The translations under genes and the position numbers were made by a program. A DNA stretch of 63,989 nucleotides, the filler included, from Choristocarpus tenellus KU-1152 (taxonomy: Eukaryota > Protista > Phaeophyceae): NCBI GenBank assembly GCA_964200185.2. It is 13 parts of 13 records of this genome, joined end to end, with 100 filler letters (N's around TTAATTAATTAA, not from the genome) between each part and the next. Parts side by side here need not be neighbours in the genome. Positions count along the whole stretch, not along the records: positions 1 to 4,568 come from CAXNAD020013984.1; positions 4,669 to 8,085 come from CAXNAD020020171.1; positions 8,186 to 11,360 come from CAXNAD020021767.1; positions 11,461 to 17,025 come from CAXNAD020010406.1; 9 more parts are not named here. The stretch is one strand, 5' to 3'. The notes under the pieces are model-generated. The model was not told the origin of the DNA and did no database searches. It worked only from the letters and a program-made list of their open reading frames with translations. Numbering within the stretch: the first letter of the stretch is position 1; each line of letters starts with the position of its first letter. This document shows, piece after piece, positions 1-14,495 of this stretch.

Positions 1-490
1 GGGGGTAGATCCAGATTGAGGTTTTCATGCGAACATGGCATTGGCATTGGTTTATTATTATTATTATGTAGGCTCACTCTCAACAGACCAATCAGCTACT
101 CTTCAACCGTGTCGGACCAATCATGCGCTGGCGCTGAGACGACACAGACAACCACCAAAAGTGGAGAGGCCGGCGTGCCATGAGATACAGCGAGGGATTG
201 AGCTATTTATTTTTTGGGGGGGGGGGAAGAGAGGGGGATCACAATGAAACAAACAAAAAAAAACGAGGGGGATGGGGGGGGACGATTTCTCAACAGAGAG
301 AGAGGAGGGTTCATCTCGCGCGAGTCCCGTAACGTCTTTGAGTCGGCCGTTCAAAAAAATATATATATACAGCAGTAGCAAGTACTACGAACTCCCCAAA
401 ACATCTTGATCCGTTCAACAAGACAAGAGTAGACTGGGTCACTCACTCTCTCTTCCTCTCTCTCTCTCTCTCTCTTGGCCTCTCCGATAG

Positions 491-520
491 GTTAGGGTTA
501 GGGTTAGGGTTAGGGTTAGG
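491..520 (+). repeat. Interstitial telomeric repeat (TTAGGG) x about 5
   Basis: gttagggttagggttagggttagggttagg, next to a (CT)n microsatellite. Confidence 0.9.
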
Positions 521-592
521 TACCGTTATGTCGGGGTAGTTAAATGACTGTTTAGGTGAAGAATAATAAAAAATGAACGCGCAAAATCTTAC

Positions 593-1524
593 ATCTTCCT
601 CAGATCCTTCAGCCAACAGCTCGGCCAAGGTCTTACGAGGAGGCGTCCACTGAGGCGCTGGGTCGCTGCGCTGTCTCTCCAACCAATCATCCATCCCCTC
701 GGCGCCTGCCCCAGCCCTGCTGGAATCCTTCCGGGCCCCCGCCCCGGTGGTCGTCCCAGGCCCCCCTCCCCCACTCTCAGGTTGTCCCTTTCGAATCCTT
801 GCCTTTGGTGCACATGGAGTACTAATCGTCCTTCTCGCCTCTGGATCCAACCTCTTTTCCGACCTTTCAAGGACCCTGTTACTTTTAGGGTTAGGGTTAT
901 CCAACGACACAGGCGCAGGAGGAGTATCCCCTCCTCCTTCTCCCTTTCCAGCATGCTTGGCTGCTGCCCCCAAGGGATTTCGCTGTTTCTTCCTCTTACT
1001 ATTTCCTGCAGTTGCAGTTGCAGTTGCAGTTGCAGCGGCATCAACGCCAAATCCAATATCTACATTCGAAAAGACTGGAGTCTGCGGAGCTTCCGGGGGT
1101 TGAGCCTCTGTAGTGTGTTGTTCAAAGTTGCCCTCGCCACCTATATCTTTCTCCTCTTCCATGCTTTCATCTCCTGTCAACAGTGTCGCCACATCCTCAC
1201 CTCCCCCACTCCCTGGAATAATCATTTCCTCGTTATCCGTGTCACCTGCCACCTCGTTAACCTCCTTTCCCTTCCCCAGCATTTCCTCCTCCATTTCATC
1301 TTTCCCACCCCCTGGCAAAGCCTCTCCATCACCCATATTCACATGGGTGGGGACGCCCAAGTCGTCGCCTGGAATGCTAGACTGATGGGGATCGAGGGGT
1401 TCTTCAAGATTGAGGTCATTTAGTTCCAGGTCAAAGTCAAGGTCAGACAAATCGCTTAGGTTCGCACCCTCGAACGCTTTCTCCAATAGCTTGCGTGGGA
1501 TTCCCTCCATCAGAGCTTCTAGGT
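593..1524 (-). CDS. Large internal exon of an unknown multi-exon gene (acidic/Gly-rich, probably disordered protein)
   Basis: Open frame DLEALMEGIPRKLLEKAF...GSEED between a pyrimidine-rich TAG acceptor (ctcctatag) and a GAT|GTAAGA donor. No recognisable domain. Other coding-looking pieces upstream (about 1890-2300 and 3939-4235) could not be phased. Confidence 0.5.
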
Positions 1525-4246
1525 CTATAGGAGTTCGAGTTGGTCAGGGTAGGGACGAGGATGAGAATCAGGACCAGGGAATCTGCCAATGAGTCAGGAA
1601 GTTGAGGGCGAGATGGAATGGGGATGGGGGGCGGTGACAAACCTGTAACCTCGCAGAAATGCCAAAAACTACTCACCAAATTACGCGGAGCACACAATGG
1701 GTTTCTAATTGTAAGATAAAAGCCAAAAGGTTCCAAGGTTACCACAATGTAAAGCCATTTTGGACGAGCAACCATCCCCTCTTTCGACAATGTCACATCA
1801 TCTAACCCTTTGAGCACATAAAAGATTTGGAAGCAATTTTGAAAATCAATTGTGAATGTTTCAATTGTCGAGGGGTGGAGAATCGAGCACCTTGACTGAG
1901 GCGGACGGAGGTCGGGACGATTGTGAGAGCAATGCTGGAGATCTGCCTCACCTTCACTACTGTCAAGATCCCAATCATCTTCGAAGGGGTTGGGGTCGGA
2001 ATCACTACTTGCACCGACTTCTGCAGTGTCACTCTTGTCTTCTACTTTTCCTTCACTGCTTAATGGTGTAGAATCTTCATCACACCCTCCTCTGACCATC
2101 ATGGCAGGCAAGGTACATAACCATCGCGAGTTGCTACCATCCACACCATACGGCGACGCTGCTTTGCTATGAGCAGCAGCATTCAATATGAACAAAGGGC
2201 GATTCCAATAACTATTCCCCTCCACACTATAACACAAAGCAATTCCACAGAGCGTGAGGTCTCTGGCATACATCTTGCATTGACAAGTGGATGCCTTTGA
2301 CATGTTGTGTTGGTTTGATTTAAGGAGTTAATTTCACAGTACATGGAAAGGCGTCGCCTTGATTTCAATATATATTGTCTAACTCACCCCACACCAAGTT
2401 CTTGACGTGTTCATCGTTTCTCTTAGAGGCACGGCAAGGTTGGGGGGTTGCGGCTAGGGGCCCTACCTTACACTAGGCGACGAAGGATTTTCTGGCCGAG
2501 TTTTTTTCACCTTGTACTTCTTCTCAGCAAGAGCATTGAAGCGAATTCTTGGAGGTCGCGAGTGAGTTAGTCAGCACTATTTTGTATCATGTTCAAAAGT
2601 ACGTGGTGGGGAGAAGGGCATCTCAATAGCTATTTGGTCTGCAGATAAACTGGAAATTGTATTTTTCCTTGCAATTTGCATCAATGTACGAGTATACCCC
2701 CATTTGGAGTTGGCGTGGATCGGGACTGGTCATTGGACTAGAGATGGGTTGTATTATTGGGTTTTGGATTTTGCTTTGTCCCGCCTTCCCGATGAACGCC
2801 ATAGGCAGGGTTATCTCCTTGCATAGGTCGTTTCATCCATGACATAAAGCGTATTATATGTCCTAGCTTCCTTCTCTGTTGCAGACTAGGTGGGGGGGGA
2901 GAAATATACTGGTCCATGTAGTTCTCGTTGATGTGGTTCTCCGTCGCGATTATTCCTGCTTCACAAAAACAGTGATAGTGGTTCTGGTAGCTGGCACATC
3001 ATCACTTGAATGAGAACCTTTCCCTTAAGGCTTGATCACGTTCTCACTCCCTCTGTGCCGATGCCTACCTACACGATTCGAGTTCCTTTGTACACGAATT
3101 TCCCGTACTCTTTGAATCTTACTGATTACCCTTGGTTGTGATTGCCCATTGCAATGTCTTCGCTATCAGAATTTCTGTGTCAGAACTCTTGCGTTCTGGT
3201 ACACAAGCACATCGTTTCTCCTCTGCATTCGAAACGACGCAACTGACGTTGTCGTGTTTTACACTATACCCTACTATCGTGGGCCATAGATGTTTGTTTC
3301 GCGCACATTGAGAACAAAACGCAATGACAATGAGGTTCTACGTGTGTTCTCAATCTCTATCGCGTATCGGGCTACCTTGCATTATAATATTAAAGAAATA
3401 CAACGGACGAGAACTGTTTTCGAGGTGCTGCCAATCTATGAATGAGCCTTAATCTATTGCTCTGGAGTACGATAGAACTCTATGCTTGCAAATTCTATTG
3501 CTTTTCCAATGCTGAAACTTAACCTAGCCCTAACCCGAATCTATCCCCATTTCCTTTCCTACTCAACCTTGTAACGCCTGCCCTACATCGCTCCAGCAAT
3601 GTGTATCATGTATGTATGTATATTTATATATCTATGGGGGGTTTTCATCAGTCTGGGCAGTTACCGCAGCCAGGGTCCAGGCCACTGTAACGTGCTTGCC
3701 TTTGCCCCAAACATGTTGACGCAGTTAACTACCATGGGACCGACCATGTTATAACACACTGGTACATGATCAACCCACCACCCAGTCTGTCCATGACAAA
3801 GTAGATGATGGCGATGGATGGAGGTTTATTTTTGCTGGACTGACCCTTCACAATGGGTTGGCTGGCTGCGCAGTCAAAATATCTCCCAAATAGTTCCATC
3901 ATCAGTCACTGTCTATCCTAGCAGTGGGATAAAATAGTTTAGTATTGAACCAGGCTGGCTTCGTACTGCTCATGTTTCCACCCAGTTGCAAGCTGAACCT
4001 TGCATGGCCCCAGCTGGATGTAGTCTCCCATGGCCCTCGCCCAGTCGTGTTGAAAAGTATCGATTCTGCCCAGCTCATGGACCGGACAGGTTCCAATACT
4101 TGGTGAACCTGGTGTGAACATGCAAAAAGATATTGGAACGGGTCCGGCCTGTCCCTCCGTGTTTGCCTGGACTGAAATGAAAAGCCCTGAAATTTGTACT
4201 TCAGAGTGTTCATATTCAGATCGATTTTTGCTCATGAACGAGGTTT

Positions 4247-4292
<46 letters not shown>

Positions 4293-4568
4293 AGGTTTTA
4301 TTTATTTACTACCACTTATTTATTTTTATTATTTTTGTTTGTGTTAATGTGACTCGAACAGTCACCTAATATCTATATCGATGAGACTTGAGCTTTTCAA
4401 AAATAATAACAAATACAAGAGACAATGTGAGGAACAATAATAACAAAAATAATAACAACAAAAAACAATATTGTATTTTTTTTATGCACCAATCGAGTGA
4501 AGCCGATGCTTCTGCGCGCAGGGATCCGATTGGACAAACCACCGCATTCCTCCACAAAACCACAAAAA

Positions 4569-4668
4569 NNNNNNNNNNNNNNNNNNNNNNNNNNNNNNNN
4601 NNNNNNNNNNNNTTAATTAATTAANNNNNNNNNNNNNNNNNNNNNNNNNNNNNNNNNNNNNNNNNNNN
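4569..4668. other. Artificial contig spacer, 1 of 12 (others at 8086-8185, 11361-11460, 17026-17125, 30694-30793, 34579-34678, 37661-37760, 41233-41332, 46287-46386, 53830-53929, 57685-57784, 60971-61070)
   Basis: Identical 44 N + TTAATTAATTAA (stops in all six frames) + 44 N at every site. Additional 10-N scaffold gaps occur at 36249-36258 and 54495-54504. Confidence 0.99.
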
Positions 4669-6153
4669 ATTGATTGTTCCATTACTCCATACATATTTTA
4701 CCGTAACTGTCCGATAGAGTTGGAAGAGTCTAATCGAACAACTGTATCATTCATATTAGAGACCAGTTGGTCGTTCCTTATTCTTTAGTTCGCCTTGTAC
4801 TCCACGGTTTCCATGACCATGCATTGTCTGGAGGCCACTTAGGTTTCAAACCCACCTTCGATAAGGTTAGAGACTCGTATTGGTGGCCATCATTCAATAT
4901 CGGCGTTCGTACATGGTGTCGTGATTGTCAACCATGCCAAACGCGTAAGACTACTCATAACAAAGCTACACTTCCCACTGACCATATGCCCGTTGACAGA
5001 CCATTTCAACGTGTTGCTATTGATTTGGTAGAGCACAAAACACATTCCCCCGCAGCAAATGGTGTGAGGTGCTCGTATGTGTTGTCTGCCATTGATCACC
5101 TCACTGGTTTTGTTGTGCTAGGTCGTCTTCCAAATAAAGAGACCGCAACAATTGCTCGTACGTTGGTCGAACGTGCATTTTCAGTTTTCGGCCCGCCCGA
5201 GTTGTTACACTCCGATCAAGGTATCGAAATTGAAAGCAGTGTCGTTACAGAGTTGCAGTCTGTCTCTGGTTACAAGAAAACCAAAACCATACCGTATCAC
5301 CCCCAAGGAAATTCTGTGTTAGAGAGATTACATGCTACATTGCATTCTATGTTAGCAATATATGTCTCTGTTGCTGAGGATAACTGGGCATCGTTACTGC
5401 CTTTTGTAATGTTAGCCCATGGCACAGTTTTCAATGCAAAGCTGCATGAAACTTCGTTTTGCCTTCTGTTTGGAAGGCAAGGTCGTTTACTTGTTGATAC
5501 TATCCTTGGTTCGTCTAATGCTGATTCAGACGTCACTACTGAAGAGTTTACTCCACAAACCAAAGATACTTTACGGCTTGCATTTGAGTTGGCACGCCGT
5601 AACCTCCATGAACACGTTAAAATTCAGGAGTGTGTCAACCAACGTCTCTTGTTCCCCCTTTTCGTACCTGGTGATCAAGTTCTAGTCCATAGGCCACAAG
5701 AGAACTGATGGTCCGAATCCGAAGCTATTTCACCTTTGGAGGGGTCCGTGTGAAGTACATTCTAAGGTATCACCCATCGTGTGCAGGGTAGTATTTCCCG
5801 TAAACCCACATCCATTTCCCGTTCATCTGGGTAAAATGCAGCATTACTATCCTCTAGTCCAACCTCCCACACCAGTTTAAAATGAACTGGATTACTTGTT
5901 TCTGGAAAAAACATTATCGTTACCGAATGTACATCGTCAAATCTCTTAACCAGTTATTGGCCAATATACTATTGATAGCATCGTTGGGCATAGACCTGGT
6001 CCTGGTCATCGTTTGATCACTAATGTTATCAATTGCCTTCGTCTTTGTGGCTATGGACCGTCTTGTGATCTTCACAAAATAATAGAACAGATCCCACAAT
6101 GCCGTGATATGATTGCAGCCTATCGTGCAGTAATTGGATTGGATAACCAGTAA
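4669..6153 (+). mobile_element. Ty3/Gypsy LTR retrotransposon pol 3' end: integrase, GPY/F region and chromodomain (decayed, 5'-truncated by the contig end)
   Basis: ORF 4767-5708 has the HHCC zinc motif (HDHALSGGHLG...WWPS...CQPCQ) and the D-D35-E core (IDL, SDQG, LERLH). After a frameshift comes KLFHLWRGPCEV. 5965-6153 reads YTIDSIVGHR...LRLCGYGPSCDL...RDMIAAYR, a chromodomain. Confidence 0.92.
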
Positions 6154-8020
6154 AATTCTCATCCCACACAGTATTTACTTGAGAATTCGTACTTACTATT
6201 CCATACCCCTTTGCATAAGTCTGTGTATCATGCATTGCCGTCATATTGTAACCTATCGTTTCAGTAAAGAGATTATTGTATATATGTGTGTGGTACAGAT
6301 CCTTGCCAATTTTTGTTTGTTTGCTTGAGTGTTTGTTATTTATGACTTGTGTGTCTTGGCCGGATCTCGTGTTACCCACATATCATAATCCTTTACATAG
6401 GTTGACAATCTAGTTTAGACAATCGCTTATGTGTCATTTTGTCATGGATGGGTATAGTCTATCTTTTTGTGAGGAAATTAGGAAACTAGTAACAAATGTC
6501 AGTTATCCTATTCACGACTAGATCTGACTTGACATCTCGTGTTTACCGGGTTAATCAATCCTTGCAAATATGCTACACATTTATGTTGGTGGCATTTAGA
6601 TAATTTCATAATATTTATTCTACCTCTCAACTCTCCTCGTTTCTATGAGTGGACACATGCGGTGGTGAAGAGACCGTATCACTGGGCACATTAACACCCG
6701 TGTGCTAATGGTGGCAGTTCATTACATCATGCCACGTTTTCATTAAATTGATTTATTTATCATCATGAAATGACTAACCCAAATAAAAACAAAGATTCAA
6801 ATCTACCACTAGGTAAGAGATGGAGACTTCAGGTGAGTCATATTTAGTTATTGTTTTTCAAGGGGCATGATTCCCCCAACATGGTGTAATGACCGTACAG
6901 TCACCTCGTTTTTTGTCAAGAGAGAGTTGAGCCACAACATCGTACGGCCAAGCTGACACTTGAAATATTGTAGTCGTTGTGAACAATATTCCAATCGCTG
7001 TCAAAATTTGAGGGAGGAGAATGTTTGCACACATTTGATCTCGTCATGTGCTGTGTTGATATTGATCATGTAACACCCGATATTGTTTTCACGCGTCGGA
7101 GTGGTGATCAAAATCATCGTGCAACACTTATGTAGGAATGTCAGATCACAAAACCGTTTATTGACATCATATAGCATTTGCACCTTGTATCCCCATTCTG
7201 AGTATCCTCTGTATTATACAAGATAATAGAGACCTATATGCTGGCATGTGCTATCAAAATAGCCCCTGGTCATAAGTTCACTATTTGAAATGACTTCCAG
7301 CTGATAACATTGCAGGAACAATGCATTATGAAAGAAGACGACTTCCAAACGACCAATCAGTGGGAATGCCAAGCAGAAATAACAGAGTCCATCATGACTA
7401 TCTTGACATGCAAGTAGAACCGACGAGAAGATCTTGGTCTGAGCACACAACAAACTGTGAGTGGGTACCACATCTTATGGGACAAAATATCGGTGCACAC
7501 AGGCATGGTGGTGGCCCGTACAGAGCAAATATTTTCCATGCAACAAGGAGTGTTGCATAGAGGGACATATTCAAGCCGAAGTCATAACTAGAAGTCGGTG
7601 CTACTTAAATATCATTTTTGCAAATCCAGAAAAATTCAGACATGCAGCTGTGCATTGTGCAATCAATGGTAACACACACGGAAATCCAGACAGAATGCCA
7701 TTCCAAACGCCTGAGATATATTCAAAGCAAATTCATTGTCACTCTTCTATGCTACGAAAACACTGAAGAACACACTGGAGGATGTTAAACCATGTCACAT
7801 ATTCAGCACCCTAGAAGTAGCTATTATCAAAATAACGTCCTAACAAACGCTTGAGGTTGGGGCAGGTCTTTCCACAACAAATCCTCTCAGTACTAACCAA
7901 TATTGAATGCAACACCAGTGCATCCTATCGCAACCTCATGTGGCAGTGAAGTCCACTACTATTCAATTGCACAACCAATTAGTCACACAAGTGTTCAAAG
8001 TACTCCTAACCCTAACCCTT

Positions 8021-8085
8021 GACCCAAAGTATCTAGGGGGGGGGGGTCTACACCAAGGTGTCCATTTGAGACAAAACCAGGAAAA
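8021..8085 (+). mobile_element. MITE family B end, truncated by the contig end
   Basis: GACCCAAAGTATCTAG(G)nTCTACACCAAGGTGTCCATTTG matches the reverse complement of 53930-54008 and of about 34518-34560. Confidence 0.7.
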
Positions 8086-8354
8086 NNNNNNNNNNNNNNN
8101 NNNNNNNNNNNNNNNNNNNNNNNNNNNNNTTAATTAATTAANNNNNNNNNNNNNNNNNNNNNNNNNNNNNNNNNNNNNNNNNNNNCCCTCGAGAAAAAAT
8201 TAGTTTATTTTTTATTTTATTTTCACAAGTGAAGGTGAAACGCCTTCGTTTGGTGCTTGTGATCCTGTACGAGGCTGATCTTGTTGTCAATATCTAGTGT
8301 GTGGAGCCTTTCAAAGGTGTACTTTGCCCCTTTCCAACCGAACGAATGTTGCTT

Positions 8355-8381
8355 TTAGGGTTAGGGTTAGGGTTAGGGTTA
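8355..8381 (+). repeat. Interstitial telomeric repeat (TTAGGG) x4
   Basis: Seen directly in the sequence. Confidence 0.9.
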
Positions 8382-10705
8382 TCAAGTTTTCTTCCTTGTT
8401 GAAGTCCACATTCCGTGGCACATTTTTCACCATTGGGGGGGCCTAAAATGCCCTACATTTTGGTGGATTTGGTTCTGTATGGGGCGGTATGGGCGAAACA
8501 AATTGCCTCATCAAAGCAAGTCTGGTTCACATGCAAAGGAGGCATTGCGCCCTTGCAATGCTATGTTTGTCTGGTCATTCTTTTGGTGAAGAGAGCAGGA
8601 GAAGGACTTTTGTGCATCACAAGTCGAGGAACTCTATTATCGTCCTACAACCACATGTCTTGAAGCAAATCTACCGTACCCCATGATCTCCATTTTGGAT
8701 TTCTAGAGCATTGTGCAAGCGCTTTCTAGCCCATGCCCTTCAGCCTTCTCCTCCAAGGCAAGGGAAATTGTTTCCGCACCAACTAAAAGAGGGGTAGAAG
8801 AGGACTTGCCCGTTGACTGTGTCCACTCTGAGCCTCCATTTCCCCTTGCAACAATTCACCCCCTTCCTGACCAGCCTTGGTTGCAGATCTTCTAACCCTG
8901 CCTGCCTCCACTACCTCATCCCAAACGTCCTGTGCCAAGGCCTCGGCTGTGCCCGATGCTCTTCTACCTCTAGCTGTTCCTGAGCCGTGGTGCTGTTATA
9001 TTGTTGGTTGGGTGCTCACCAGCCTTGATCTCAATCTTCTTGCAATGTGCCTCCCCCCAAGCCAGGATCACGATCTTCCTCAGTCTTTCTCCTCTTATCA
9101 TTAGGCGCTGTAGCTTTAGTTTATGCAGTGGTTTGTAACTACGATATTTTATCGGTTCTTTGTGCTGACGTGGTTCACCTTGGGCACGTACACCACCTAG
9201 GAAGCCCTACACTCGACGTTTTTTTGGACCAAAGTTTTTAAGTTGGAAGTTCAAACGTTTTTTTGATTGATCGTCGATTGGTTCCGCCTGATGTGCGTGT
9301 GCTATTATGCTTTCCCTTCTTGTGTACCTTGTTGGAGAAGTCACTGCACCATACAACAACAGCGGTATTGGTTACACGTTGTTCCGCCAAGGCGAGTTTG
9401 ACAGTCTCTGTAGACTGTTGGTGACAGAGACTGTTCCCTGTTGGAGAAGATGTCCTCAGCGCAATGGATTAGAACATTTGTCACTTCAATTGTCCTTGTC
9501 ATCCTCCTCCTCCTCCTCCTCCTCCTCCTCCTCCTCCTCCTCCTCTGGAGTTTGATGGTCAAAGGTATAGTCTCTTCATCTCGTTGTCAAATTCTGATGT
9601 GGTGTCTGTGCCATTCTTTGTGCCCCGTGAGGTGTCATGGTTCCAGTGTCAGGGATGGTGTAGGGTTAGGGCTACCTTTTTCTGGGTATGGCATGACTAC
9701 AGTGTGTGGGAGAGACAATAGGAATAGTACTGGCTGTTTGTTGTAACCACAAACCGGGTTCTCTCCTACCTTGGTTTGGCATGTCTGTCCTCTTCAAGTC
9801 ATGTCTGCCCAATATATCCGTCATTCCTTTTTTAGGTATGCCTTCAAAGGGTCCACTCAATATGGATACGTGAGAGGTAGTGCTGTTCTTTGGCGTGGAG
9901 TTTGTCACAGTAGTATATTATAGTATGGCATAGTATAGTTACCATGGCATACTATATTATTGTACATTATAGTACAGTTTACAGTTATTTTAATGGTATA
10001 TATTGAGAGTGCTCATTATGTAAGCTCTGTGAGGCGTGTAATTAATGTACCTGGTTCAATGAGATGACCTCTCAAACATCCACAGTTTATCTATCTCTAA
10101 GTTATGTTTTCAAGAGGTGGAGTAAAACGTTTTTTCTATAGTTGAAGTATAAATAGCCTTGTTTGTCCGCTTGAACCTCCCCCCACAACCTCCTTCCAAG
10201 AGGTTCGATGGTGCTATTGCTATAGCTGTGCATGATTGGAGTAATTTTGGTGGTTTAAAGTTCTGGTCATATTTATTATTGAGGGGTTAATACTCTCATA
10301 GTGCAGAAGTGGAAAAGCTTTCTTTTGACCTATATATATATATATATATATATATATGACCATTTATATCACTAATATCAACCATCCTATTTTATTTTGT
10401 TCAATTTCTGCTACAGAAGTGGGAGGCGTTTTCTTAATAGTGTATTTGTGTTTATATGTGTCCGGTTATGCATGGCTGTATGTACGTATTGTGTTTATGT
10501 GCACAAGTGTATATATATACTACGTATGTGTCCAAATAATATTATGTATGTATATATATATGTGTGTGTTATGTGTGTTATGTGTGTATGTGATATAGTT
10601 CATACAATATACTCGTCCTCGAATACATTTGTTCTTACGCATTGGGGCAATATTGGTATTCGCACACATACATACTACTGACTGTTACACTTTGTTTCTG
10701 CCCAG

Positions 10706-11360
10706 GTGAGGATGGAGTGGTGCTCTCATTTGACCTCCGCAGTTCAACAGACTGTGACACCACTCTAATTGACAAACAGGAATCAATATTGTCGATTGCG
10801 CTTCACCCTCTGGACCCACACTACTTATACATATGTGGCAACTCTGAGTACCTGGAACTTTGGGATCAGCGAAGTACTGCAGTACCTGTCACCAGGTACA
10901 GTTCCCAACTATTAGGACTTAAGGACTGCTGAGAACGCGCAAGGCACTTCATTCCTGGCCCACCCTATGTTCTGTCCCTCTCTGTGGTGTCGGTGTTAGG
11001 GCTGGAGTTAGGGTTTCTCTAGGGGTTTTCCGTTGTTTGTGGCGTGTTTTGTGTTGTTCATTGAAACTTTTTTTTTCTTTTTCTTAGGGTTTCAAGTTGG
11101 CAGGGTTAGGGTCTGATGTGGGTACGCTGGAGGCGTCTGTTTGGTTGGCCACATCCCACCTATTCTTAACACTACCCCCATCCCCCCACCCCACCCCCTT
11201 GTATGTTTCAAGTCTCTGCCCAAAGTCACTCCGAGGATCGGGTGACCACATTACTGGGTGTGCAGTGAACTGGTCTGGATCGGAGGTCCTTGCCACTTAC
11301 AATCCCAGTGGGGCTATCTACCGGTTTGACCCCATTGCGAACGCCTTCCAGAGGGCCAGG
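10706..11360 (+). CDS. WD40-repeat protein, DCAF8/WDR42A-like (two internal exons, partial)
   Basis: Exons 10706-10895 (GEDGVVLSFDLR...SIALHPLDPHYLYICGNSEYLELWDQR) and 11213-11360 (HITGCAVNWSGSEVLATYN...IYRFD). GT-AG intron with consistent phase (AG|T). Confidence 0.75.
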
Positions 11361-11551
11361 NNNNNNNNNNNNNNNNNNNNNNNNNNNNNNNNNNNNNNNN
11401 NNNNTTAATTAATTAANNNNNNNNNNNNNNNNNNNNNNNNNNNNNNNNNNNNNNNNNNNNGGCTCTGCAATCCAACCAATGGGTTGTGGGAGGGTTTGGT
11501 AGCCCAGGCAGGCGTGCTTGGCATCATTTTCTCGCCCCCCCCCCCTCTCTC

Positions 11552-13159
<1,608 letters not shown>

Positions 13160-14495
13160 TATTTCAGGAGATTGTGTCGAAAGGGTTGGTGTACTGCCTC
13201 TGCTAGCTTCTTAGGACAGGCCCTGCTCCACTTCCCCTTCTTCTCCCTTCAACCTTGACTACTACTTACAGTATTCCAACGACCACTTTAGCTATCGTGG
13301 GCACAGGTCCTGTGCACGTTGGCTTAAACACTCAAGAGACTGCCACGTGAGAGAAGAAAAAACAGAAGCACCGACGTCACGGTTCAGTCATGGGACCGTG
13401 CAGTTCTTTTGAAGTGAGGCCTAAGGTCGAAGGGCTAGGGCGAGGCAAATTGGGGTCAATAGAACCCGACTCAGGCTGACCCTCAATACAAAACTAGGTT
13501 CTCATTCCATGAACAGATGGAAAATGATATCAATGACCTTAGGGTTCAATATAATGAGTCTGGAGAATGAAAGATGGAGGTTATTCCCGAGGCGAAGGCC
13601 TCCCGTATACCTTTGGATAAGGACGGGAATCGAAAAAAAAGGTTTCCCCATCCTCAGAGTCATCAAGCAGGGGAGGGGAGCCTACCGGATTTTTAGAGCC
13701 AGGGTACACCGAGCCATGCAGTGCAAAAGATAAAGCAGCTGATTATGATTGCAGATATGTGGAGCGCTCTTATGGTCTGGCAGTAAAGGGATTGATCTAT
13801 GCTCCTTCTCCCAAGGATGATGTCGGTTACCCCTCCAAAATGTCAAGGCAACCAACAAGAATAGGAACAAGTTTGACCACCTCACTTCTTGCTCCTAGCT
13901 GGTTGTTTGACTTACAATTGCAACAACTCTAAGAGGAGGGTCAAGGCACAGAGTCTGAAAATGCAATTAAATAAATATATATATCTCACCTGCTCTCAAC
14001 CGTCAGAACCAGGGGCAGGGATAGTGAAACAAAGGGAGTGTCGGATTGACTTAAAACTGGGTTTGGCTGATCGAATTAGAGATAGGGATAACAATCGGCT
14101 GTCCAACCCACTAACTGAACAACATCAAGAGGTACTTGAAGGCGGCCTTTTTGGAATATGTAATGGTGTGGGAAACTCTTTGAATCACTTCTGCCCTGTA
14201 CCCTATACAAGAAAAAGAGACGAAACCGTTTAATACCTCCACTTGCGTAGTATGTAACGCTTCGCGCAACAAACCAATCATCCAAAAGAGATCTAACATC
14301 GAACATTCTAGTACACACCGCGTTTTAGAGATCTCTACATGTCTTTGAAACAATGAACAGGGGTCAGTATTACTTGTGATTGCATAAAAGTATAGATTGA
14401 CGAGGGTTGGGAGGATAGGTGTTTCTTTATTTGCTACCATTTTTATTGAAGGTCGTTCACTACATCTAATGAACTACTTCAAGAAGGGTGAACAG

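Noticed and set aside
747-1423. Antisense ORFs over real exons (also 25354-25740, 30133-30494, 52095-52939, 55946-56371)
   Set aside because: They are shadow frames of compositionally biased coding sequence, with no domains or independent splice support.
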